Of a DNA stretch of 64,000 bases, positions 49,359 to 61,660 are shown in pieces (position 1 is the first letter of the stretch; each line of letters opens with the position of its first letter). The notes below the pieces were generated by a model, which was given only the letters and a program-made list of their open reading frames with translations, had not been told where the DNA came from and did no database searches. Location of the stretch: assembly GCF_036588685.1 (NCBI RefSeq), contig NC_086376.1:36146001-36210000 (forward strand). Reading direction: 5' to 3'. This DNA comes from Mytilus trossulus (Eukaryota). Both the position numbers and the translations under genes were made by a program.

Positions 49359-52300
49359 CTGAAAGAGAGAACATATAATTGCTAAACTGGTATGGTGAAA
49401 TCCCTAGATAAAAAACAGATGTTTCTAGGTTACCATGTCCCAAAAGATGCTATTCTATGCAAAATGAAGGAATACACAGAAGGATTGCTATTAGTGGGTA
49501 GAATTTTTGTATGGACTGAACTTGTGATTCAGATGAATTTAAACTTGATTCTAAAATAGCAACCATATTTTTACAAAGCCATGTTCTAATTAGCACAACA
49601 TATGTTTGACACATGCGCACACGGTTGCTGTTTTTATTGTCGTCATTGTTATTCTAATAAAATATATACATTTTAGCAACTAACATATAATATATTTTTT
49701 ATCATTTAATTGTTTGTCAAACAACATATATATTTAGCCTGCTTTTGGTTTTTAGATATGAAAATGTTATGTACAGACTCCACTGACAGCCGAACATTTT
49801 TTATGTATTTTCGTACGCTTCATCCTTTTAAAATACTGTTTCTAATATGACGTCCTTATAACGCTTTGTAAACAAAGCCGTGTTCTAATGAGCACAAAAT
49901 AAGTTTGACACATGCGCACGAACTTACTGTTTATATTAACTTTATTTCCATCGTTAAGCAGCCAGCATAAACTTTTATTATATATTTTTATGAAACAATA
50001 TATACAGTCATGAGACAAAAGTGAGTTCCCTATCATTTCAACTAAAATCGATATTTTTCAAAAAATTATTACGAAGTATTAAATGTATAAGCGATTTTTA
50101 TAAAATAGATACCAAAAGATGTAAAAATGTCTGAAGTTTTATTGTTTATTTAGTCATAATTTTCTTGAGTTTCATTTTCACCATCTGATGAGTTAAACAC
50201 AAATGCAAATTTTTACAATTTTAATTTGGTTAGAATAATAGCAAACTTTTCAAGAAATATTTTTTATTTTGTTCATCTCATCAGAAAATTAAAATAAGCG
50301 TGAATACTATAATAACCGAATAAACAATAAAACTTCAGACATTTCTACATCTTTCGGTATCTATTTGATGAAAATCCCTCATACAGTTACTTCGTAATAA
50401 TTTTTGGAAAAATATCGATTTTAGTTGAAATGATTGGACTTTTTTTGACTGGGACCTCACTTTTGTCTAATGACTGTATTTAGGGACGACACCAAAAGAT
50501 TGATGTAGGATAAACAACTTAAATCAAATAGTTTGGGGGTGGGGGTCAACATTGCTGCAAGTTTTGTTTATCCAAAATCGATTTTACATATATCCATTAT
50601 GGTCAATCAATTTTTCCCAAATTAAGTTAAGAAGGGGGGTGTTGGGGTCCGTGAAAAAACTATGTGAATTAAGTTTTTTTTTATCCTTCATTGTACTTTT
50701 GATGTCGTCCCTTACCCTGCTTGTAGTTTTTAAACTTATCAAATATGAACTACAATGCACAGACTCCTTGAGGTGGAAACGGGAACAGCCGAACGTTTTT
50801 ACGGTAATTTCATACGCTTCGACCTATAAGAATACTGTATTTGTCTAATTAGAATCAAAATAATTCCTTCATGTCATGCTCTATGCTCATTTTAACATGG
50901 GTAGGCATTATATTTGACCACATTTTACACCTCGCCAAACGCTCAGTGTAAAATATCGACAAATATAATGCATACCCATGTTAAAATGAGCATAGAGCAT
51001 GACATGAAGGAATTATTTCTTAAACATGCCCTAATAGAATCAAAATAATTCCCTCGTGTCATGCTCTAAATGAACACAGAGCATGACATGAAGGAATTGT
51101 TTTTTCATCAATTTGCCGTTTCAGAATCTAAAGGACTATGGGCACATCATTGTGTGTATCCCAATATGAACAGAAACTTTACATCTGATTGGTCTTACAT
51201 TTTTGTAATTTTTAGATCTGATACGTAGTTTTTATGCCCCACCTACGATAGTAGAGGGGCATTATGTTTTTTGGTCTGTGCGTCCATTCGTTCGTCCGTC
51301 CGTTCCGTTCGTCCATCTGTCCCGCTTCAGTTTAAAGTTTTTGGTCCAGGTAGTTTTTGTTGAAATTGCAGTCCAATCAACTTGAAACTTAGTACACATG
51401 TGCCCTATGATATGATCTTTCTAATTTTTATGCCAAATTACAGTTTTTATCCCAATTTCACGGTACACTGAACATTGAAAATGATAGTGCATATTTCAGG
51501 TTTAACATTTAAGTTTTGGTCAAGGTAGTTTTTGATGAAGTTGAAGTCCATTCAACTTGAAACTTAGTATACATGTTCCCTATGATGTGATCTCTCTAAT
51601 CTAATCTATATTTTACTCCAATTTCGCGGTCCACTAAACATAGAAAAATATAGAGCGAGTGGGGCATCCATGTACTATGGACACATTCTTGTTCGTTATG
51701 TTATTTCTGATACGTTTAAAAATATTTCTCCCCATCCGTCCCCACCTGTCAGAAACTGAATTGGCTCAATTATTTACTTCTAATGCATCGAATGCGAATC
51801 GAATTCCCAAATCGCATTCACACATTCTAATTTTTTAATTCCAAAATGATTCGAATTGGCTAATTCGAATTATCTAATTCGCATTAGAACTACGATTGTG
51901 AATACGAATTAAAAATAAACGTCGTTTGGACAATAAAGCGAATTTGACGCGCATTGTATTAATTCAAATTAGAATTGACGTTAGGACGTAAAACGTTTCG
52001 AATGCGAATTAAACTAATTCGAATTAGTTAATGCGAATCGAATTTGAATTATGTGATAACTCTAGACAAACAAATTGTGCGAATGGATTTTGTCAAGTTA
52101 CAATACATAGCAAACTACATAGCATGGGGCCTCCATGACGAATAACGGTAAAAATTCTTGCAAAATGAAGTTAACGGTTGTGCATGAAGATAAAATGTAC
52201 ACTTTTTTAGACGATAAAAAAATAGACTGATTTTGACCCATCACGACGCGATTTTTTTTTCCAAATATATTTTGCTAACGAAAGGTATTTGCGACCGACC

Positions 52301-55300
52301 TCTGACGAATCACCGTGACGATAAGAATATTTTGATGAATCCCGGTAAAATTTTAACCAATTTGACGCTAACGGTAGCAGAAATTGACAGTTTGACTCCT
52401 GACGGCAAAGAGCATTACTATACTCTGCTGTATGCTGATGATACAGTCTTCTTTTGAAAGATATATTATGTTTAATTGAAGGTTTTTTGAGAATAAATCC
52501 AGTCAAGGGACAGTGAAATTTCCCGAGCCGCAAGGCGAGGAAAATTCGGTCCAGAGACTGGTATTTTTCCCAAATACCCCTCCCTGATATAACATAACAT
52601 AACATAATATATCTGTTAGATCAAACCGAATAGATTTGGATTGAAACTTGCTCTCTGTACAGGTACTTGTAAGCTGTAATTCATAAACATTTAATGTATA
52701 ATTTTGATACTAAGTGGATATTATCATAGAACCGCGGGAATAACACATGTACTAATACGCGTAAGCCGGCTTTTGTTAGTTTATATCCGAAATTTTTTGG
52801 CGGGAAGATGCTCGCGAGGGTAAAAAAGAAATATCCAAAATGGCAAATACCATGGTATTTTAGACATATTCACCGGCAGTGGTGAAAAACAGGCAAAATT
52901 AGCACCCAAGATATGTTCAATTACAGCCTTCGCGCTTAATCTTTGATTCCACAAGCCAGAAGACCAAATTTTAGTTGGATGCAAGAAGTTGGCTTGTAGA
53001 GAAGATTTTTTTATGTGTTTTGTTATTTTATTTTGCCATGTGATTATGGACTTTCCGATTAGATTTTCCTCTAATTTCAGTACTTTTGTGATTTTACTTT
53101 TTAGAAGCACGAGAGCAATTTTACTAGCTAATGTCGTAGGACTTGCGGTTAAGCGTGAAGAGTGCAATCAATTGAAATATGTTAAAAATATCCCTCCATC
53201 TCCTTTCAGAGATAAATGGGTAGAACTTTTTTACTAAAATATCAATTTTGGGATTTATTTATTGGGTGAATCAATGCAAATTGTGTCATTTAATTCATTT
53301 ATTGTATGTAAACATGCAACGTAAAACACTTTATTTAGTTGCAAGGAAAGACACAAAGCATGTTGTGGATCAGGATTGGGTCACTTATTTTTTGTATTCT
53401 GGTTTAAGGGCATTTTTCTCTATGTTTAAAAAAACGATCATTTTTCAAAATTCTCATTTTCTCTTTAATATTTTAACAGAGATATTCGTTGAAACTCTAC
53501 TTGGGTAACCGACGCTTTAATAGCATAAATACTAAAAGATTTATTTAAGGTTGTACACCTCTGAGGAGCCAAAAATTTCTAGAATTTGAATGAATGAATG
53601 AACTTTATTCTCACAAAACTACATGTCATAGTTACAGAGAAAATATATATTTACAATTACATATATGTATATATAAGCATGCACATGTGTGAATAAATAA
53701 CGTAACTTAACTTGGAGGACTGACTTTCACCTGTATTATTTTTATAAACTTACATAATTTTTCTAAAACAATAGTATTGTCTGAATTAAATAAACTATTA
53801 AATTTGTATGTACTTGGATTTTTACAGCAATATTCAGGTAAAAAGTTCTTTCTCTCTAAATCTGAAGATTTACAAGTCATTATATAATGATTTAGAACTT
53901 GACATACAGGTACATGTACTGTACACTCGTGTATTAACTTATGTATTAATTAAGAAATAATTCATGGGGGCTGGAATATATCGTGATTTTACCACGGGTT
54001 GGCCCTTTATGACAAATATTTTACCCTGAGCGATAGCGAGGGGTAAAATATCGGCATAAAGGGTCAACCCGTGGTAAAATCTAGATATATTCAAGCCCCC
54101 ATGAATTATTTCGATTCTAATAGGACAAAAACGGCATTTTTGGGGGGTCGAAGAGCTCTATGTGGAGGCAAATATTTGCCGTTCCCATAAATTAACGCAC
54201 TTTTAGATTGGCGTTAACAACGGAGCAAACAGAATAAGTGACATGCTCAAACTATTTACAATAACGTATTTAGATGAATTTTACTGATAATTTACTTATA
54301 TGTGTTTTATGCATAAAAAAATGGACTTATATCACATTTGAGCATCGTTTGTTAACGTTTCCTTGTTGTGATGATTTTCGGTATCAGAAGCGTGTATTTT
54401 CCCGTAAAATGCTTAAATTATGACGTCGGGTACTTCATTCATACAAAAACTTTCTCGTTTCTCGTTTTGTTTATATAGATTAGACCGTTGGTTTTCCCGT
54501 TTGAATGGTTTTACACTAGTAATTTTGGGGCCCTTTATAGCTTGTTGTTCGGTGTGAGCCAAGGCTCCGTGTTGAAGGCCGTACTTTAACCTATAATGGT
54601 TTACTTTTTAAATTGTTACTTGGATGGAGAGTTGTCTCATTGGCACTCACACCACATCTTCCTATATCTATATATGACGTTGGAGTACGATTGGAACAGC
54701 CAATGCAATATATTCATATTTTACCACGGGTGTGTACTCAAAGCGTTTGAAGCACGTCATGTTAGAATTTATACCATACTTGACCTCTAGATGTTTTTTG
54801 TTTTTGTTTGGTGGGCTGCTGTTTCATTACAATACTCCTTTAAATTTCTCTATTCGCGTTGTAATCACTTTTTTTAGAATTTCACATTGACATTAATTAT
54901 GATAGAATTAAACTTTTATTCGGGTCAATGATAATTGAATAAAATTGGGAGGCTCCCAGTTTTAAAATTCACAGTTTTTATAGCTGACTATGCGGTATGG
55001 GCTTTTCTCATTGTTGAAGACCGTACGGTGACCTATAGTAGTAATTTAAATGTCTGTGTCATGTTTGTCTCTTGTGGAGAGTTGTCTCATTGGCGATTAT
55101 ATCACATCTTCTTTTTTGTTGTCAGAAAACAAAACAAATCTTATAAAGGAGAATCTTCAATATGCTTTAAAAGGTGGTACGTGAACACTACAGGGAGATA
55201 ACTCTGTAAAGTCAGCTAAACGTTTTAATTACGTCGTGTTGTAAAGGAAATATTAAGCTTCTCAGTGATCAAAATTGGTGTTTGTTAAACTGCTTTATAA

Positions 55301-58300
55301 CCAGTGTAATTTTCCTGACAAAACGGTTGGTTCAAAATTTATGTAATTTTTATATTTTTGGTTAAAGTTAACCCTTTCCTTAAGGTGGTACCTAACACTA
55401 CAGGGAGATAACTCTGTAAAATCAGCTAAACGTTTTAATGACGTTGTGTTGTTAAGGGAATATTAAGCTTCTCACTGATCAAAATTGGTGTTTGTCAAAC
55501 TGCTATATAACCAGTGTAATTTTTCTGACAAAACGGTTGGTTCAAATTTTTTTAAATATTTATATTTTTGTTAAAGGGTCAAAGTAAATGCATTGTCAAA
55601 ATATTATGAAAATTAAACGAGCCAAATTAATTTTAGTGAAAGTGTTGGGTACCACCTTAATAAATACTTTGTCAAATTTTAATGAAAATTAAACGAGCCA
55701 AATTAATTTTAGTGAAAGTGTTGGGTACCACCTTAATGCGGGGTTCACACATTGCCGATTATTGCTCCCGTTTGAGTTCAGACAGCAATACGACACGAAA
55801 AGTGAAAAAGTCGGATTAGTATCCTCAATTATCTGGAATGTCCTATCATTGTCTGAACACAGTCGTTTTAGTTCGTAACAGATTCTTACGGGTCGGGAAG
55901 GGTCCGAATAGTTCGGCAAAGCACCCCGACAGTTAGGTGCGTCCCGTAACATTCGGGACAACTCAGCCGATTTTGTCTAGTCGGATTCCAATCGTGGCTA
56001 TGTCGTGACAGATTCTGCTGTATCGGATCGAATTCCGAACAATGTCTTGTGTATTCTGGACGGTGTCTTGTGGAACGTGAATGATCTGGAGTAATTTTTC
56101 ATAGTTGTTTTTCTGCCGATTGAGTCCAGATTGCATCCAGATCTTGTCGATTGCGAACCGTTTTTTGCCGAAACCATTCCGAAACAGTCCCGTTATTAAT
56201 ACGAAATTAATCAATGATACCCACGTCAGAGTCCCGATAATTACAGAATACAATACGACTGAGACCAGACAAAGCCGTTTGCAATGCGATAGAGCGGACC
56301 GTGATAGGATTACGTTCCGTCAGTAACTGATCATCCCGAATATGCCGACAGTTTTCTAACGGATATCTTCCGTCAGCGTCGGTTCACTGTCTGGTCACTG
56401 TCTGATCTCTGTCGGATTACGTTCTGTAGAGTCGGGACGAAGTCGTGACATACTCGGTCGAATTTTACCTGGCGAAAAATAGAAATCGGGTTAGAAGCGG
56501 CTTCAGAACGGGATTGTCGGTACTAATTCGCTTAGAAACGGTTGAATATCGTCGCTTCCTGGACACTATCTGATTGTTGTCGTGATCAAATTATTTTTTT
56601 TTTAAAATTTTTATTTAAGTTTGAATTTCCATCCACGATTCACAGGATCTTGATCAGACTTTTGATAAATTTTAATCGGGAATGGTCCTGTCGAGGACGG
56701 TAGTAAAAATCGTGAATGTGTGACCCCAGCTTTAGCTAAATTAAGGATGCCTTTGTCCAGACAGAGAAACTATACCATAATTATTTCAATTTTTGATTTG
56801 GCAAAAACGATTGAATTAATAGCGAGATGACTGGACATATTACCTATGCATAATTTCATAGGAAAATTATAACTATACATTTTTTTCACCACAAAACAAC
56901 ACGGGGTGATACAGGAAAGTCATGGTATATCCCGACTCATTCCTTATTCTTGCTCAAAAGGAAGTTTTTTGTTAGTCTTGTATTATTTTAATTTTAGTTT
57001 CTTGTGTACAATTTGGAAATTAGTATGGCGTTCATTGTCACTGAACTAGTATATATTTGTTTAGGGGCCAGCTGAAGGACGCCTCCGGGTGCGGGAATTT
57101 CTCGCTACATTGAAGGCCTGTTGGTGACCTTCTGCTGTTGTTTTTTTTTTTTTTTTTGTTGGGTTTTTTTATTTGGTCGGGTTGTTGTCTCTTTGACACA
57201 TTCCTAATTTCCATTCTCAATTTTATTGTATATCACATTACACATGTTTTAATGATACCAAATTGTAGGTCAATAAAAATTCACAGATCGTTTGACCATC
57301 ATGAAAAAAATAACAACCATGACATTAGGATAATATGCTGTACCATCTTTACGACGGACGAACCGGACATTTCTATACCATAATACGTGCCGTGAACATT
57401 TTTGCATGAAATATTTGCCACTGGACGTAAGCAACCGACAAGCAATCAATTTATAGGACATAGTCTTGGTATTAAGCTGGCATTTATGGTAGTGCCTTCC
57501 TCTTATCAAAAATGATAATTGACATGCATTAATTATAAAAAAGGGATAGTCAATCATCTTGAGATTGCTACACGTGTAACTATACGATATTTTGTTGGAG
57601 ATCTCACAGAAACAGTAATGTGCTTTATTTCTTATGCCATATATATGGTTTTATTAGACTTTTATCCTGTTAGAATCAAATGCACTAATATTAATGGTGT
57701 AGATGTTAGATGCGGGAGAAACAGAAATTGGAGCATCGAAAATCCACATTACGTTTCTAACTACGGAAAATTACACGCATTACGTCCCAAAAAAAAGTGA
57801 CGTTTAGGGAGAATTCAAACGCTTAACGTCGCGCCAAGAGTTAACTCCCTTGAAACTGTATCAAATGCCCTTAAACTAGATTAACTACGAAACATTCAGA
57901 TAAAGTTTGAGTGCATTTGCGTGCAGTCTTCACACTGAACCACACCCCTGTAAAAATCATATCTACAGGCCAACATAATCTAACTTAAATTTCCTTTTGA
58001 TTAAGCTCTTGGCTTGTAGATTTAAAAGTTCATGGCAAAGACTAAATTTGGTCCAGTAGATTGATTGATTGATTGTTGGTTGCTTAACGTCCTGTGGTAA
58101 ATATTTCATGCATGTTCAGGACGAAAAGGTCCGATATATATATGTTAGAGGACCAGTTCAACTTTTAAGGAGTATTTGTAATTGTCGATTGAACAACTAT
58201 CCTCCGGAGTCCAAATTACGCAAAGCCACAGGCCCAGAAGCCCTGGCTCGTAAATTTGCTCTCGGGCCTGTAAAAATCGTCTGCAGGCCAACAGAATCTA

Positions 58301-61038
58301 ACAAAAAAAAATCCAAAAATTGAGATCAGAGCCTGTAGATTTTAAAGTTCATAATAAAGACTAAATTAACTTGTATGTATTAATAACTATGGGCTTTTAT
58401 CAATCAATGAATTGAAACCACGCCGTACAGTGAGATATTAAGACCCCGAAATAAAAAAATGTGAACAATTCAAACGAGAAAATCAAGGGCCTTATCTATG
58501 ACAGAACAAAAAACAAAAGAATACTATTATTACAGACAGCAACCAACGATAACGACTGAATTACTGGCTTCTTATGATCTTACTTGGGACAGGTATTTAA
58601 AGAAAATGGTGGGATTAAACATGTTTGTGATCGTTCAAGTTGACAACCTTCACCTAATTTAGAACAATGGTGTAACAGTAAAATGTTAGAACAAATTCTA
58701 AAATTTAGAAATTGCTTGACTCATTTGATTACAGTAAACGTCCTTTAACAGCAACCCCTAAAGTAAGGCTCCTTATACTTAAGGGGGATCCTGGGTATAA
58801 ATGATTTTTTTTTCCTAATATAGGATTTCGATATATTTTTTCATAAATGAACTTTATCATATACTTAAAAGAAAAATGAAATAAAAAAATGGATTCACCG
58901 TTCATTTAAGCTAAAATCTGCCTCTGGAAGAAGTATACATTTTTGTTAATGTCCTTTTTTTCTGTTGAACTAATAGGAGAAAAAGAGGAAATATCGAAAT
59001 AAAAAAATAACCTAATATAAGAAATTGCTTAAATTTTACAATTATTTAGTTTATGTACAGCTTATTTGAAAACAATAATAAAAAATATAGGTCACCGATG
59101 AGTTAAAAAAATATTTCAAATTTAAGGCCAAAAAATGGCATTTTTGCACCAAAGGGAGATAATTTGGAGCTTTTTCAATTTTTAAAGTCATCTGGGGCCA
59201 AACCAAATCATTTTTTGGGGTTGTTTTTTGTACCATATCATAAAGTAACAACTAATAGTGTAATAAATAAAATTTGTAATGAAAATATAAAGGTTTAATT
59301 TTTTGCTAAAATTTTTGTACCCACGAGCCACCTTAAGAGTTAGGATCCATAGTCTTATCATCTATTTTATGATAGTATGATAATAAACCCCTACCGGGAG
59401 GGATTGTGTATGATATTCATACGATGAAGACATAATGATCTTTCAATCAGTTTAGTTGAGGTCTGGAGCTGGTATGTCAGTTAACTGCTAGTAGTCTGTT
59501 GTTATATATGTATTATTGTCATTTTATTTATTTTCTTTTGTTACATCTTATGACATCGGACTCGAACTTCTCTTGAACTGAATTTTTATGTGCGTATTGT
59601 TATGCGTTTACTTTTCTAGATTGGCTAGAGGTGTAGGGGGAGGGTTGATATCTCATAAACATGTGAGGTCCAACCCCGACGACATTTTTGCGCCTGTCCC
59701 AAGTCAGTTGCCTCTGACCTTAGTTAGTCTTGTATGATTCCTAATTTTAGTTTCTTGTGTATAATTCGGAGTTCAGTATGACGTCAATTATCACTGTACT
59801 AGTAAACATATTTTTAAAGGGCCAGCTGAAGGATGCTTACGGGTGCGGGAATTGTCTTGCTACATTGTTATTGAAGACCCATTGGTGGCCTACGGCTGTT
59901 GTCTGCTCTATGGTCGGGTTGTTGTCGCTTTGACACATTACCCATTTCCTTTCTCAATTTTATTTTATTGTTATGGTTAGGTAATAGAATGTTCTAGGTT
60001 AGGGTTATGTTTCAGGGTTATAACTATTGTTAGGTTTTGCTGTTGTTTATGTTAAGTTTTTGGGGTTAAGGACAGTATAGTGTAGCTCTATGGGTTGGAA
60101 CTCCTAAACATGACGTTCTATGTTTTTAAATGCCAATTTCTTTGAATATAGAAAGAGTCTGAAAATAATTTAAAAACATGGTGTTTCAAGATGTCACTTT
60201 TATAAAGCCTGTTGTAAAACTTTCCTCTATTTTGTTTGCAAGTCAATCTGCAAACAGTAGAAAACAGTGCTGACCGCTAATGTGAAGGCTCTAACATGCT
60301 AAGGCTATTATTCATTTTTCCGAGCTAAAATAAGTGTTAATATATTATATTATTTTTAATCATACTCTTTTTATAAACTTATATAGGCCTACCAGTTTTT
60401 GTTCAAATATCTTTTGTTCAAATGTACTGAAAGGTGCAATATTTCCCTTTTTATATAAAGATCAATCTGACATCGTTTTTTTATAAAAGGCTTAAAAAAA
60501 TAAAAAGGGTTGAACTTTGGTTTCATTGGCATTGTCTACCCGACCCATTGTTTTTTCCGGTCACAACAGTAAATGGTCATATAATTACTAAAAAAAAATT
60601 ATCGCCAGTATGGCTTCTGTTTTTTTCGACATCAGTTTACTCAGGACAAGGTAAAGGAACCAGAGGCTTCTGGTTTTTGTTCCCGAATTCACTTTGTGCA
60701 ATAATGAATATAACGTTCACTGGTTATAACGTTTACCAAATAAAGTAATTTGTGTAACCAAAAGTTACCGGACTAAAAAATAGAATGCCGGCGGAATCCT
60801 TTAAGTTTGTTAATTCAAAATCATGTATGGAGAATACTTTTGTGTACTCATAGTCTAACGCAGCAGAAGGTTTTTTTTCAAATGTAACACACTATTTCAT
60901 TATCTCAAATATCTACATATACAATATTATCTACATTTTATCTTACTCATTATATAAGTCTTCTCTTGAATTGCGCCTTGCAAAGATGTTAGGCAGTCCA
61001 TAAACCAGGAAAATAACAAAGAAAATCAGTTTTGCCAT
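42092..61038 (-). CDS. Giant secreted lysine-rich repetitive protein, 2452 aa (coding exons 60947-61038 and 42092-49358)
   Basis: Exon A MAKLIFFVIFLVYGLPNIFA-RRNSREDLYN ends GA|GTAAG (phase 2). Exon B has acceptor tctctctttcag at 49359-49360 and is open only in phase 2 (WPGYGLQQNLLRHTRTANG...), running without a stop into the 2259-aa ORF and TAA at 42092-42094. AATAAA overlaps the stop. Confidence 0.82.
50005..50476. mobile_element. Tc1-like foldback MITE with ~150-bp inverted arms
   Basis: TA|CAGTCATGAGACAAAAGTGAG ... CTCACTTTTGTCTAATGACTG|TA. Confidence 0.88.
50483..50711. mobile_element. PIF/Harbinger (Tourist-like) MITE
   Basis: TTA|GGGACGACACCAAAAG ... CTTTTGATGTCGTCCC|TTA. Confidence 0.88.
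50860..51017. repeat. Long near-perfect hairpin element (related hairpins at 52458-52613 and 53956-54110)
   Basis: aataattccttcatgtcatgctctatgctcattttaacatgggta... with its reverse complement; short GC-rich loop. Confidence 0.85.
52370..52455 (+). pseudogene. Small non-LTR reverse-transcriptase fragment
   Basis: YYTLLYADDTVFF (YADD motif), cut off by a hairpin element. Confidence 0.55.
53588..53892 (-). mobile_element. 5'-truncated CR1/L2-group LINE 3' end
   Basis: HYIMTC...R..FLPEY...NPSTYKF..LFN......LEKLCKFI ORF2-like C-terminus, AATAAA plus (CATT)n tail; near-TSD tagaatttga / tagaacttga. Confidence 0.75.
55173..55732. mobile_element. Kolobok-like MITE containing a second intact copy of itself (55384-55656)
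   Basis: Inner copy TTAA|GGTGGTACCTAACACT...AGTGTTGGGTACCACC|TTAA; the outer copy has the same left part before it and the same right end after it. Confidence 0.85.
55737..56731 (+). mobile_element. ~995-bp PIF/Harbinger-like non-autonomous element, copy 1
   Basis: Termini TGCGGGGTTCACACATT / AATGTGTGACCCCAGCT; TAA/TTA flanks; colinear with 62459-63452. Confidence 0.9.
56970..57228 (+). repeat. Interspersed repeat; longer copy at ~59390-59965
   Basis: Shared gttagtcttgta...ggccagctgaagga.gc.t.cgggtgcgggaatt...tttgacacatt block. Confidence 0.75.
58783..59332. mobile_element. Kolobok-like MITE
   Basis: TTAA|GGGGGATCCTGGGTATAA ... TTGTACCCACGAGCCACC|TTAA. Confidence 0.8.
60947..61038 (-). CDS. 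Signal-peptide exon of the Lys-rich protein
   Basis: agtATGG Kozak-like context, basic n-region, hydrophobic core LIFFVIFLVYGL, GTAAGA donor, phase match. Confidence 0.78.
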
Positions 61039-61060
61039 ACTGTTTCTTTTTCCGGTGTCA

Positions 61061-61076
61061 TGACGTCATGACGTCA
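61061..61076. promoter_or_regulatory. Two abutting perfect CRE/ATF palindromes (TGACGTCA x2)
   Basis: TGACGTCATGACGTCA begins 23 nt upstream of the ATG at 61038. Confidence 0.45.
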
Positions 61077-61660
61077 CAATATGCTTCAAGTGCTCAACCG
61101 TTGCAGGAATGAAAATATTCCGGAACACAGGTCCGGAAATAACGCATTAATGCACGAGGGTCTTGATGGAGTTTACAGAAAACTTTAGAGAAAATAAGAG
61201 ACAAATAATAATGTAAAGATTACCCGGGAACGATTGGGACACTACTAGAGCGCTCAAATACGAAAAAAAACCAAGTTACATACCTAAAAAAGCGTGTACA
61301 CTATTATATAGGACGAAATCGCTGCAGTCGTAGATCTCGTAGCCTTCCTTCTTTTGTTTAGCTTATATTTGTTTCCTTCAGGGACAGAAATCAAACCAAT
61401 AAAAACATTTCAATATATCCTGGTTCCTTTTGTCGATTAAATCATTTTTTTTTTGTGTTCGTGAAATATTCTTTATTAGCATCATCACTTATTTTCTATT
61501 TAATGTTTATAATTCAGTCTGATTGCCGGTTTGTTTTCCTTTGGTGTAACAATAAAAAAAAACAATATGTCATAAAATCGAATTAATATAATTTACAAAA
61601 TACGTATAAACATACGCTTCGTTCTAGTCTATTTCAAAGACAATCTTTCAATTTTTGTTA

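Noticed and set aside
49159-49443. 94-aa minus-strand ORF, and the ATG at 49358
   Set aside because: Both are alternative frames that stop within ~200 nt; only the phase-2 frame joins the long ORF.
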